Assembly (NCBI GenBank): GCA_017462485.1
Contig: JAFTRA010000035.1
Span: 168 to 64,167, forward strand
DNA: 64,000 nt
Source of the DNA: Clostridia bacterium
GTDB lineage: Bacteria; Bacillota; Clostridia; Oscillospirales; CAG-272
Reading direction: 5' to 3'
The notes under the pieces: model-generated
Database searches by the model: none
Seen by the model: the letters and a program-made list of their open reading frames with translations, nothing else
Told to the model about the DNA's origin: nothing
Position numbers and translations under genes: made by a program
In this document: in pieces, positions 38,343-47,063 of the stretch
How positions within the stretch are numbered: the first letter of the stretch is position 1
Layout of the letters: each line of letters starts with the position of its first letter

Positions 38343-39206
38343 TCAGCCGTTTACCGCAGCCACGAGCGCCGCACCGGGTGCTTCGTCAACTACTACCGCA
38401 TAGATATTTCCGTTGATAAGGTCGGTAAGAGCGTCCTGCGCGGTAGCGTAGCCCTTACCCTCAAGGTTTGCAAATCCGTCGTAACCCCAATCCTCGTCAC
38501 CGTTTACATACATACCGCCGGTTGTTCCTGTCTGGTAACCGAACTTCTTGCCCTCAAGAGACTTGATAACGTTCTCAACGTCCTCTTTTGTAGTGCAGTT
38601 ATCGAAATCGGTGTTATCAGCAGCAACGATAAGCTTCTGGGAAGCTGCGTAATAGGTGTTTGTGAAATCGTAGATAGCAGCTCTGTCCTCACTCACGGTG
38701 ATACCTGCCATACCAATATCTGCGTAGCCTGCATCAACCTGGGTGAATATATCGTCAAAGCCAATGTTCTTGATTACGAGCTCAAGATTGTTTGCCGAAG
38801 CGTAAGCAGCCGCAATCTCTATATCAAGACCGTAAATCTTACCGTCATCTCCGATATACTCGAAGGGCTCAAAGGGGCAGTTGGTTACTACAACAAGATT
38901 TGCGTCGGTATTGGTAACGTCACCTGTGGTCACGGTGTATCCAACCTTGGTTCCTTCACCCTTGAAATACTTATTGACAAGAGTATCAAAGGTTCCGTTG
39001 CCCTTAATGGTGGTAAGGAATTCGTTGAAGCTATTAACAAGAGCAGTGTTACCCTTCTTACATACGAAAGCGTACTCCTCGTCGGTAAGCTTAACGTCTA
39101 CAACCTTAACTACGTCGTTATTCTCGTCCTTATTGCAGGAAGCGAGAGCGAATAATGCGCAGCAAAGAAGCGCTGCGGTGAGAATAAGTGAAATTATTTT
39201 TTTCAT
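38343..39206 (-). CDS. Amino-acid ABC transporter substrate-binding lipoprotein (type 2 PBP, family 3)
   Basis: Lipobox LFALASC. FEPFEY, GLDIEI and GYADIGMAGITV motifs typical of polar amino-acid binding proteins. Confidence 0.85.
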   Translation of the reverse strand: MKKIISLILTAALLCCALFALASCNKDENNDVVKVVDVKLTDEEYAFVCKKGNTALVNSFNEFLTTIKGNGTFDTLVNKYFKGEGTKVGYTVTTGDVTNTDANLVVVTNCPFEPFEYIGDDGKIYGLDIEIAAAYASANNLELVIKNIGFDDIFTQVDAGYADIGMAGITVSEDRAAIYDFTNTYYAASQKLIVAADNTDFDNCTTKEDVENVIKSLEGKKFGYQTGTTGGMYVNGDEDWGYDGFANLEGKGYATAQDALTDLINGNIYAVVVDEAPGAALVAAVNG

Positions 39207-39253
39207 TATTATTTCCTCTTTTTATTATTTTTGTCATTTCAGTGACGGACTCC

Positions 39254-39282
39254 ATTATATAACAAAAAATGCATAAAGTCAA
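39254..39282 (-). promoter_or_regulatory. Consensus sigma-A promoter for the amino-acid ABC operon
   Basis: On the minus strand, TTGACT (39282-77), a 17-nt spacer, then TATAAT (39259-54). Confidence 0.7.
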
Positions 39283-39485
39283 TAGTTTTTTGAATAAAAT
39301 GCATTCTTTTTGCGATATTTTAAGCTAAATTCCCCTCTTTTTATGCATATTCCAAAAAATATGCTGTATAATTATTCAAGGCGTTATGAATATATTCATT
39401 TTATTTGTCTTCTTGAGCTCTTGTTTTTTTCATATCTTTATGATAAAATAAAGCAGTTGCAAATTCAAACACAGGAAGTTTATAA

Positions 39486-41429
39486 ATGATAGCTTTATCC
39501 GTATCTGACGTTTCCCTCTCCTTCGGAATGGAAACCGTTCTTAAAAATATATCTTTTTCGGTAAACGACGGGGACAGAGTCGGAGTTATCGGAGTTAACG
39601 GTGCCGGAAAGACCTCGCTTTTCAAGGTCATCACCGGCGATTACTCAGCTGACTTTGGCGCGGTTTATCTTCAAAAGGGATATACTGTTGGCTGCCTTGA
39701 ACAGAATCCGGACCTTACGGCGCTTCCGGGCGGCACTATGTGCATAGAATATATGTACTCTGCATTCCCCCATCTTCTCTCTATGGAGAAGAAAATCTCC
39801 GCACTCGAAAATGAAATACAGATACTCTCTGAAAACAGTATGCACGAGGAGGCTGTAAAAAGAACCTCGGAGCTTACAGAGCTTAACAGAAAATTTGCTG
39901 ACGGTGGCGGTCTTGAATTCCGCTCAAGGTGCAAAAGTATGCTTCTGCGTCTCGGATTTGAGGAGGAGCTGCTAACGCAGAACATATCCACTCTCTCCGG
40001 CGGTCAGTACACGCGCCTCGCTCTTGCAAGACTCCTTGCGACAGAGCCCGACGTGCTTATGCTCGACGAGCCGACCAACCACCTTGATATAGACTCGCTC
40101 GCCTGGCTTGAGAGCTTTATCGCGTCTTACAAAAAGACCGTAATAATAATCTCGCACGACAGATATTTTCTCGACAGAACGACTAATAAAACTCTGCATA
40201 TTCAGTATGCAGGCGCAAGGCTTTATAACGGAAACTACACAGAGACGAAGGAACTCCAGGAGGCAGAGGCGGCGTCCCTCGAAAAGCGTTACAAGGAGCA
40301 GCAAAAGGAGATAGCCAGAATCCGCGCGAACATAGAGTTTCAGCGCAGGTGCAACAGAGAACACAACTTTGTTACCATCAGGGCAAAGGAAAAGCAGCTC
40401 GCAAGAATGGAAAAGGTTGAGCTTGCTCCCCCGCCGCCAAAGGACATAAGAATCAAGTTCAGCTCCGAGGAGGAGAGTGCAGGAGACGTAATCGAAGTCA
40501 AGGACCTTTCATTTTCCTACGGTGCATCGCCGCTTATTTCGGGAATTTCCTTCCTTATAAGAAGATACGAGCGCGTACTGTTTCTCGGAAAGAACGGCTG
40601 CGGTAAATCCACTCTTATGAAGCTTATCAATTCTATGCTGACGCCCGATAAGGGAAAAATCACACTCGGCTACAACATAAAAATCGGATACTACGACCAG
40701 GAAAACCGAGGTCTTTCAATGAACAAGACGGTGTTTGAGGAGCTTCACGACGAGTATCCCGATAAAAAAGACGGAGAGCTGCGCTCGGCTCTTGCGCTCT
40801 TCCTTTTCGACGCTGATGACATAATAAAGCCAATAAGCGTGCTTTCGGGCGGAGAGCGAGCGAGACTCACCCTTGCAAAGCTTATGCTGAAAAAGGTAAA
40901 CCTTCTCATAATGGACGAGCCTACAAACCATCTCGATATAGGCTCTGCAGAGGCGCTCGAAAACGCTCTTCTCGCATTTGACGGAACTATAATTGCCGTA
41001 TCGCACGACAGATACTTTATCAACAGAATTGCAACGAGAATTATAGAGCTTGACAAGGATAACGAAAGAGGTCTCGTTGACTACGCTCTTGAGGACTATG
41101 ACGACGCATACACTGAGTATATGCGAATACGCGCCGCAGCAAAGGAAAAGCGTCTCGCGCTCGAGGCTCAGGAAAAAGAGAGCCGCAAGGAAAGCTCCGC
41201 GAAGCAGGACTACGAGCAACGAAAAAGAGAGGCTGCGGAGCGCAGGGCGGAGGAAAAGAGAGCCCGCGACGCAAAGGAGAAGATAGAAAAGCTGGAAGCC
41301 GAGCTTACCTCACTTGAGGAGGAGCTTTTCGGTGAGGCGGCAACAAACTACGTCAGGGCTGCCGAAATAGAGGAAAGAAAGATGGCAATAGAAGAGGAGC
41401 TTCTCGCTCTTTACGAAATAGTTATGTAG
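39486..41429 (+). CDS. ABC-F family ATPase (Uup/YdiF-like, two NBDs plus a charged coiled-coil C-terminal domain)
   Basis: Two Walker A motifs (GVNGAGKTS, GKNGCGKST), two signatures (LSGGQYTR, LSGGERAR), no TM domain, an ~80-aa inter-domain linker and a Lys/Glu-rich tail. Confidence 0.9.
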   Translation: MIALSVSDVSLSFGMETVLKNISFSVNDGDRVGVIGVNGAGKTSLFKVITGDYSADFGAVYLQKGYTVGCLEQNPDLTALPGGTMCIEYMYSAFPHLLSMEKKISALENEIQILSENSMHEEAVKRTSELTELNRKFADGGGLEFRSRCKSMLLRLGFEEELLTQNISTLSGGQYTRLALARLLATEPDVLMLDEPTNHLDIDSLAWLESFIASYKKTVIIISHDRYFLDRTTNKTLHIQYAGARLYNGNYTETKELQEAEAASLEKRYKEQQKEIARIRANIEFQRRCNREHNFVTIRAKEKQLARMEKVELAPPPPKDIRIKFSSEEESAGDVIEVKDLSFSYGASPLISGISFLIRRYERVLFLGKNGCGKSTLMKLINSMLTPDKGKITLGYNIKIGYYDQENRGLSMNKTVFEELHDEYPDKKDGELRSALALFLFDADDIIKPISVLSGGERARLTLAKLMLKKVNLLIMDEPTNHLDIGSAEALENALLAFDGTIIAVSHDRYFINRIATRIIELDKDNERGLVDYALEDYDDAYTEYMRIRAAAKEKRLALEAQEKESRKESSAKQDYEQRKREAAERRAEEKRARDAKEKIEKLEAELTSLEEELFGEAATNYVRAAEIEERKMAIEEELLALYEIVM

Positions 41430-41482
41430 TGATAACGAAGTGACGTTGTTTAAATACACGCAAAGTATTATAACAGTCAAAG

Positions 41483-41517
41483 ACGGTTGGGATTTGATTC
41501 TCAACCGTTTTGTTTTT
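41483..41517 (+). terminator. Intrinsic terminator of the ABC-F gene
   Basis: ACGGTTG-(12 nt)-CAACCGT followed by TTTGTTTTT. Confidence 0.75.
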
Positions 41518-41547
41518 GCGAATCGGTGTGTTTTATCAAATTTTTCT

Positions 41548-41582
41548 GCGGTCACGCTTTAAAGCGCGGCCGCATTTTCTTC
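41548..41582 (+). terminator. Second GC-rich hairpin with a U-rich tail (possible tandem terminator/insulator)
   Basis: GCGGTCACGC-tttaaa-GCGCGGCCGC (one mismatch, one G-U pair) followed by ATTTTCTTC. The apex contains the 12-bp palindrome CGCTTTAAAGCG. Confidence 0.4.
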
Positions 41583-41684
41583 AGAAAATGAGACTCTGAA
41601 TCCGTGGTTAAGCGCGCCTTTCGTTTGTGTAAAATGCATAAAATCGAATACTCGCGCAGCTCTTTTTTTGGAACTAGACTGTAC

Positions 41685-41712
41685 TTACAACCGCAAAATT
41701 TCCTGATATAAT
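41685..41712 (+). promoter_or_regulatory. Candidate sigma-A promoter (extended -10) for the phage-like cluster
   Basis: TTACAA (41685-90), a 16-nt spacer, then TGaTATAAT (41704-12). It would give a ~155-nt leader before the TTG start at 41873. Confidence 0.45.
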
Positions 41713-41872
41713 GGGCTTGCAGGACAGAGAGCGCACAACCTTGCGGCCGGCTTTAGCAGGGTTTTGTGTTAGACTGTATGAATGGCTTCGTTTGACGTTT
41801 TTTAGTCACTTTCGGTGCTTGTCAGCCTATGATACGCTCTAAAGATGCATTGTTCTGCAAAGGAGGAAATTT

Positions 41873-42211
41873 TTGAAGAAAGGAAAAAAATACACCGGGG
41901 ATTTGCCAAGACAGCTATATCTGTTTTTCACAAGCTCTGTTAAGGACGGTGAAGCACCCAGCTTCTCAAAATTCGCAAGAAGCATCGGTGTAACGCTCGA
42001 GGAGCTTGAGAGCTACAGAAAGTATAAGACGTTCGAGAGGTCGTGGCGCGACTGCATTGAAATCAGAAGGGATTACCTTACAGACTCCGCATTGACACGG
42101 CGCTATGACCCGTCATTCGTCAAATTCATTCTCTCAAGCGAGTTCGGCATAGGAGCGGAAGCTCCCGAGGACAACAGCATTTCGGTATGTATTAAGGTAG
42201 ATGATTCATGA
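41873..42211 (+). CDS. terS: Phage terminase small subunit
   Basis: TTG start 6 nt after AGGAGG. HTH-like PSFSKFARSIGVTLEELESY and a C-terminal DPSFVKFILSSEFG typical of TerS. ATGA overlap with terL. Confidence 0.7.
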   Translation: MKKGKKYTGDLPRQLYLFFTSSVKDGEAPSFSKFARSIGVTLEELESYRKYKTFERSWRDCIEIRRDYLTDSALTRRYDPSFVKFILSSEFGIGAEAPEDNSISVCIKVDDS

Positions 42212-43572
42212 ATATAGACCTGACAGTTACAAAAAAACAGAAGCTGTTTCTTGACGCTACGGAATCCGAGGTCCTCTTCGGCGGCGCCGCCGGAGGCGGA
42301 AAATCCTACGGTCAGATGGTTGACGCTTTCGTATTCGCTTTAAAATACCCGGGCTCAAAGCAGCTTATTTTAAGACGTACCTTTGCCGAGCTTGACAAGT
42401 CCTTGATAAGAACCGGGCTTGCTCTTTACCCAAGGGATATATTTTCCTTTAACTCATCTTCCCACACGGGAAAATTCAAAAACGGCTCCTGCATTGATTT
42501 CGGATACTGCGCAACCGAAAACGATGTTTATCAGTATCAAAGCGCTGAGTACGACTGCATTCGCTTCGACGAGCTCACGCATTTTACAGAAGCGCAGTAC
42601 GTTTATCTCATCTCAAGGGTAAGAGGCGCTAACTCTTATCCAAAGCAAATTAAATCCTCAACCAACCCCGGCGGCGTCGGGCACGGGTGGGTAAAGGCCA
42701 GATTCGTTGACCCGAGTCCACCGAAGACACGCTTTATCGGAGATGACGGAATGGAGAGAATTTTTATTCCCTCGCTCCTTGATGATAATTCGTTTCTTAT
42801 GAAGGGCGACCCGAGATACAAGGAACGCCTGCTCGCCCTGCCCGACAGAGAACGGCGCGCTCTTCTTTACGGTGACTGGAACATTTTTGACGGTCAGTAT
42901 TTTACCGAATTCAACGTAAACGAGCACGTTTGCGCACCGTTTGAGATTCCTCGCAGCTGGAGAAAATACCGCGCCATAGACTACGGGCTTGATAGACTCG
43001 TTTGCCTTTGGATTGCGGTAGCTCCGGACGGCAAGGCTTACGTTTACCGTGAATATTGCGAGTCCAATCTCCCGATAGGCGACAGCGCAAAGGCTATCAC
43101 GGAAAGAACTCCCGCCTGTGAGGAAATATACGCGACTCTCGCTCCGCCCGACCTTTTTTCAAGAAGTCAGGAGACAGGCAAAACCAAGGCGGCTATTTTT
43201 GCGGAGCACGGCGTCACGTTCACCAAAACCTCGAACGACAGAGAAACCGGTTGGCTTGCGATAAAGGAGCTTCTTATCGACAGAGGCGGCGGCACGGGGC
43301 TTAAGATATTCTCATTCTGCACAGAGCTTATCAAATGCCTCCCCGCCCTTACGGTAGATAAGCTTCGCCCGTCTGACTGCTCAACAGAGCCTCACGAAAT
43401 CACGCACGCCCCCGACGCTCTTCGTGGCTTTGCCATATTTTACGCAAGGCCAAGGGAGGAAGAAAAAGCTGTCGTTCGGACGAGGTGGTCGCGTGATATG
43501 TGGGAGGATTACTATGCCGCTGATGAGAAGGACAAAAAATATCTAAAACTCAAATACGGAGAACCACTTTGA
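42208..43572 (+). CDS. terL: Phage terminase large subunit
   Basis: Walker A GGAAGGGKS, Walker B YDCIRFDELTHF, and RNase-H-like nuclease Asp residues (AIDYGLD, HAPDALR). Confidence 0.92.
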   Translation: MNIDLTVTKKQKLFLDATESEVLFGGAAGGGKSYGQMVDAFVFALKYPGSKQLILRRTFAELDKSLIRTGLALYPRDIFSFNSSSHTGKFKNGSCIDFGYCATENDVYQYQSAEYDCIRFDELTHFTEAQYVYLISRVRGANSYPKQIKSSTNPGGVGHGWVKARFVDPSPPKTRFIGDDGMERIFIPSLLDDNSFLMKGDPRYKERLLALPDRERRALLYGDWNIFDGQYFTEFNVNEHVCAPFEIPRSWRKYRAIDYGLDRLVCLWIAVAPDGKAYVYREYCESNLPIGDSAKAITERTPACEEIYATLAPPDLFSRSQETGKTKAAIFAEHGVTFTKTSNDRETGWLAIKELLIDRGGGTGLKIFSFCTELIKCLPALTVDKLRPSDCSTEPHEITHAPDALRGFAIFYARPREEEKAVVRTRWSRDMWEDYYAADEKDKKYLKLKYGEPL

Positions 43573-45302
43573 AAACAGAAAAGAAAAACGGCGCAGAAAG
43601 ACTTGCGTTTTTCCGCGCTCTATATGAAAGCGCAAAGCATGCGTATTCCGATATTCTCGACGAGTTTGATAAAAACATGGCACAGTACCGAGGCTCGCTT
43701 GATATAGACGGTGGCAAGGAAAAGGCCATAACCGTGCGCAATATTACCTACGAAATAGTAGAAAGTCAGGTATCCTCGGATATTCCTCAGCCTAAGGTTG
43801 ATTCCGCTACGTACAGCGAAGAAAAAACGAGAGCCGCTCATGCGGTAGAAACGCTTTGCCGCTCTTTAAGGGACCGCCTTAACTTTGAGGAAATGAACGA
43901 TATCGACGAGCGCTACACCTATATATACGGTGGAAGCGTCTGGTTCGTTGAATGGGACAGCACTGCTGATTTCGGCGACGTCACGGGCGGTGTAAGAGTA
44001 CACTGCATATCCCCGAAGGACTTCGTTCCGCAGCCTAACGTATATCATATCTCTGATATGGAATACTGCTTCTTGCGTTTTATCACCACCAGAGCGGAAT
44101 TATCCCGCAAGTACGGTGTGAAGGATACAGACACCTATCTTGCCGATTTTGAAACCTCGTCGGAATACTTCGACGACGGAGATACCGTATCTGTAATTCT
44201 CTGCTTCTACCGAGGTGACGACGGAAACATAGGAGAATTCACTTTTTCAGGCGAGCTTATCCTCTCCGATATAGAAAATTACTATAAAAGGAAAACAAAA
44301 GTTTGCAAAAACTGTGGTAACGTGCCTGATAAGTGCTTGTGCGAGGGTAAAAAAAGCTTCATTACATGCGACGTCGATTTCGAGGACGTAAATGACAAAT
44401 CAAGCGGAAGAGCTATAAAAAAAGTTCCCTATTATACCCCGAAGTCATTTCCCTTGGTAATACGCAAAAACACCTCGAGTGAAAAGAGTCTTTTCGGTCA
44501 ATCGGACTGCAAATACATAAGACCCGAGCAGCAGGCTATAAACAAAATTGAATCGAGAATACTCCAAAAGCTTCTTCGCGCGGGAGTAACTCCCATAGTT
44601 CCGGAGGACGCAAGTATTACCCTTAACAATTCCGTCTTCGGTCAGATAATAAAGATGAAGCCCGGTGAGAGCATGGCGCAATACGGAAAGGTTGACACGA
44701 CCCCCGATATTTCGCAGGATATTGCTGAGGCGGAGCGCCTTTATGAGCATTCGAAGAGAATTCTCGGTATATCCGACGCATATCAGGGAATCGGTGAATT
44801 CGCAAATGAATCCGGCGTAGCAAGACAGCTTCGAATAGCGCAGGCAAGCGGACGTCTTGAATCGAAAAAGAAAATGAAGCACACGGCATATGCCGCACTC
44901 GACAGACTTATATTCGAGCATTATCTGGCGTTTGCCGACGAGCCGAGAAAAATGCGCTATAAGGACGCTTACGGCAAGCTTCATAACGCTATATTCAACA
45001 GGTATGATTTTCTCTTTTTTGACACGGGTACGCTTTCTTTCAGATACGACGACTCGTATATGTTCTCGGTTGACCTCAACGGAGGCTCGGAATATCAGAG
45101 AGAGGCTCTTTGGGAAAGAAATCTCGAGAATCTCAAATCGGGCACGCTTGGAGACCCCACTTTACCAACTACCCTGCTTCGCTATTGGCAATGTCAGGAG
45201 CGCGCACATTATCCCTACGCACGAGAAAACGTTGAATATTTTTCCGAGCTTATAGAAAAGGAGGAGATACCGTATGCCAACGAATCCGGCACTGAAATAT
45301 AA
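43569..45302 (+). CDS. Phage portal protein
   Basis: 577 aa immediately after terL with a TTGA overlap. Size, position and N-terminal features fit a portal. It contains an unusual CxxC-x6-CxC insert. Confidence 0.75.
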   Translation: MKTEKKNGAERLAFFRALYESAKHAYSDILDEFDKNMAQYRGSLDIDGGKEKAITVRNITYEIVESQVSSDIPQPKVDSATYSEEKTRAAHAVETLCRSLRDRLNFEEMNDIDERYTYIYGGSVWFVEWDSTADFGDVTGGVRVHCISPKDFVPQPNVYHISDMEYCFLRFITTRAELSRKYGVKDTDTYLADFETSSEYFDDGDTVSVILCFYRGDDGNIGEFTFSGELILSDIENYYKRKTKVCKNCGNVPDKCLCEGKKSFITCDVDFEDVNDKSSGRAIKKVPYYTPKSFPLVIRKNTSSEKSLFGQSDCKYIRPEQQAINKIESRILQKLLRAGVTPIVPEDASITLNNSVFGQIIKMKPGESMAQYGKVDTTPDISQDIAEAERLYEHSKRILGISDAYQGIGEFANESGVARQLRIAQASGRLESKKKMKHTAYAALDRLIFEHYLAFADEPRKMRYKDAYGKLHNAIFNRYDFLFFDTGTLSFRYDDSYMFSVDLNGGSEYQREALWERNLENLKSGTLGDPTLPTTLLRYWQCQERAHYPYARENVEYFSELIEKEEIPYANESGTEI

Positions 45303-45984
45303 AGAAAAGCTCAAGGAAAACGCCAAGATGAGCTACGACACCTACATCGCGGATAACGACAATCTCGGCGAGGTGAAATATCGTGACAAGGTAAGGGAGC
45401 TTAACACGGACAAGAAGATTTCGGATACGAATTACGGCTCTCTTTCCGACTCGCTTGCCACTGCGGGACTCTCCGGCTCGGGATACGAGGATTACCTCAA
45501 AACGCAGACGGAAAAGACCTACCTTAAACAGCTTAACGCCGCTATAGGCGACCTTAAAAGAGACGAATACAAAAACACCTCTGGGTATCAAAAGTATCTA
45601 TCGAGCTTCGCCTCTCTGCAAAGCAAAATATCCGAGAGCGTAATAGATTCGATAGCCGAGAGCGGAAGCTTTGATTTTGATGCCGCCTACAAAAAGGCGC
45701 TTGATGCCGGAATTTCCGAAGACCTTGCCTTCCATACGGCAGCGCGAGGTACGGCTCTGGCAAGAAAAGCCGCTGTGGAAAACGCTATCACCTTTGCCAA
45801 GCTCAACGGTCTTTCGCCTCTCAGAGCGAAAAAATACGCCGAGGGGCTCGGACTCGAGGATATATACGCAGAGGAGGTTTACGATGCCATTTCAACCTTT
45901 AATATGTTTGAAAAGGATTACTTCGCCTCTATGACCTCCGACGGATATTACGAATACATAATGTCCCAGTCTAAAAACAATTAA
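45274..45984 (+). CDS. Phage-cluster protein, unknown function (helical; possible minor head/morphogenesis protein)
   Basis: AAGGAGGAG RBS 8 nt before ATG 45274, inside the last 29 nt of the portal gene. No recognisable motif. Confidence 0.6.
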   Translation: MPTNPALKYKEKLKENAKMSYDTYIADNDNLGEVKYRDKVRELNTDKKISDTNYGSLSDSLATAGLSGSGYEDYLKTQTEKTYLKQLNAAIGDLKRDEYKNTSGYQKYLSSFASLQSKISESVIDSIAESGSFDFDAAYKKALDAGISEDLAFHTAARGTALARKAAVENAITFAKLNGLSPLRAKKYAEGLGLEDIYAEEVYDAISTFNMFEKDYFASMTSDGYYEYIMSQSKNN

Positions 45985-45997
45985 GAAAGGAACTTCC

Positions 45998-46126
45998 ATG
46001 AAAGAAAAGAAATACTCAAATTACGCTACCAACAAGGGCGGCAGAATAGAAAGCCCCAAGGGTAAAACCCAAAACGACCCCCGTTCCGTTAAGCGCGAGG
46101 GTAACGATTTAAGAATTAAAAAGTAA
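45998..46126 (+). CDS. Possible 42-aa basic protein (below the ORF-track size cutoff)
   Basis: ATG 45998 follows AGAAAGGAA. It translates to MKEKKYSNYATNKGGRIESPKGKTQNDPRSVKREGNDLRIKK and fills the otherwise empty gap between two cluster genes. Confidence 0.4.
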   Translation: MKEKKYSNYATNKGGRIESPKGKTQNDPRSVKREGNDLRIKK

Positions 46127-46141
46127 AGGAAACGTATTACT

Positions 46142-46627
46142 ATGTCGGAATTAGAAATAAACAAAGAGCTTGACGCCGAGAGTGAAAAAGCGGCGGACAA
46201 TGCCGAAGAGACAAAGTCAACGGAAAACGAAAATATAAAAAATGAAGAGCCTGAGGCGATAGAAGCCACAAGCGAAGAAAAGCCCCCCGAGACTACCGAT
46301 TACGAGGTGCTTGCAAGAGAAGATATGAGAGAGCTTATAGCTATGTTCCCTCACCTTGCCGGTAAGACGAGCGTAGCGGAGCTTGAAAACCCCTTGAGAT
46401 ATGCGGCGCTTCGAGACCTCGGACTTTCACCGAGGGAGGCATATCTTGCGACGAGCGCGCCCATACACAGATACGATAACAGAAGTCATCTTTCGGGCGC
46501 TGTTCCAAGACGGGCAGGGTCGGCTTCCGATATGCTCGGAGCGGCAGAGCTCGCCTCTGCGAGAGAGCTTTTTGCGGATCTTTCCGACCGTGAAATACAA
46601 AAGCTCTACAAAAAAGTTTCAAAATAA
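46142..46627 (+). CDS. Putative capsid scaffolding protein
   Basis: 161 aa with a highly acidic N-terminal third, located between the portal and capsid genes. AAAGGAAA RBS. Confidence 0.55.
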   Translation: MSELEINKELDAESEKAADNAEETKSTENENIKNEEPEAIEATSEEKPPETTDYEVLAREDMRELIAMFPHLAGKTSVAELENPLRYAALRDLGLSPREAYLATSAPIHRYDNRSHLSGAVPRRAGSASDMLGAAELASARELFADLSDREIQKLYKKVSK

Positions 46628-46640
46628 GAAAGGATAATCA

Positions 46641-47045
46641 ATGTTTAAGCTTATCAAAATCATCAACTCGGGCGTTAACGTACCCGAATTCACAAAGCTT
46701 GAGAAGCCCTCTTCTCTCACAGTAAAGATGGGTACCGCTCTCGTCGTAAACGGAGGTCTTGCCGAGGTTTGCCCCGACGGAACAACTCCCACTCATATCG
46801 TCGCCGAAGCTCCCAAGGAAAACGCCGAAGAGGTGGTTTGCTACGAGGTAAACGGCAATATGCGCTTCGAGACCACCGTAAACTCCGTCCCCACCGAGCT
46901 TAAGGTAGGCAACAGAGTTTCGCTCGGCTTTGACAGCGACGGCTGCGCGGTATGTGTAGGCGCTTACAACGCAAGCGGCGTTGCAACTATCGTTGACCTC
47001 CTCGGCGCAAAGAACATCGGTGACAAGGTAACCGTAAAATTTTAA
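46641..47045 (+). CDS. Putative head decoration/cement-type protein (DUF2190-like position)
   Basis: 134-aa beta-rich protein directly upstream of the major capsid gene. Assigned from position and size only. Confidence 0.4.
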   Translation: MFKLIKIINSGVNVPEFTKLEKPSSLTVKMGTALVVNGGLAEVCPDGTTPTHIVAEAPKENAEEVVCYEVNGNMRFETTVNSVPTELKVGNRVSLGFDSDGCAVCVGAYNASGVATIVDLLGAKNIGDKVTVKF

Positions 47046-47063
47046 TAAAGGAAAGGAATTCTT

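Noticed and set aside
41675-41778. 9-bp direct repeat TAGACTGTA at 41675-41683 and 41770-41778, flanking the candidate promoter of the phage-like cluster
   Set aside because: A single 9-bp match within a ~440-bp AT-balanced region is close to chance expectation. There is no matching copy at the right end of the cluster, so it is not an att duplication.
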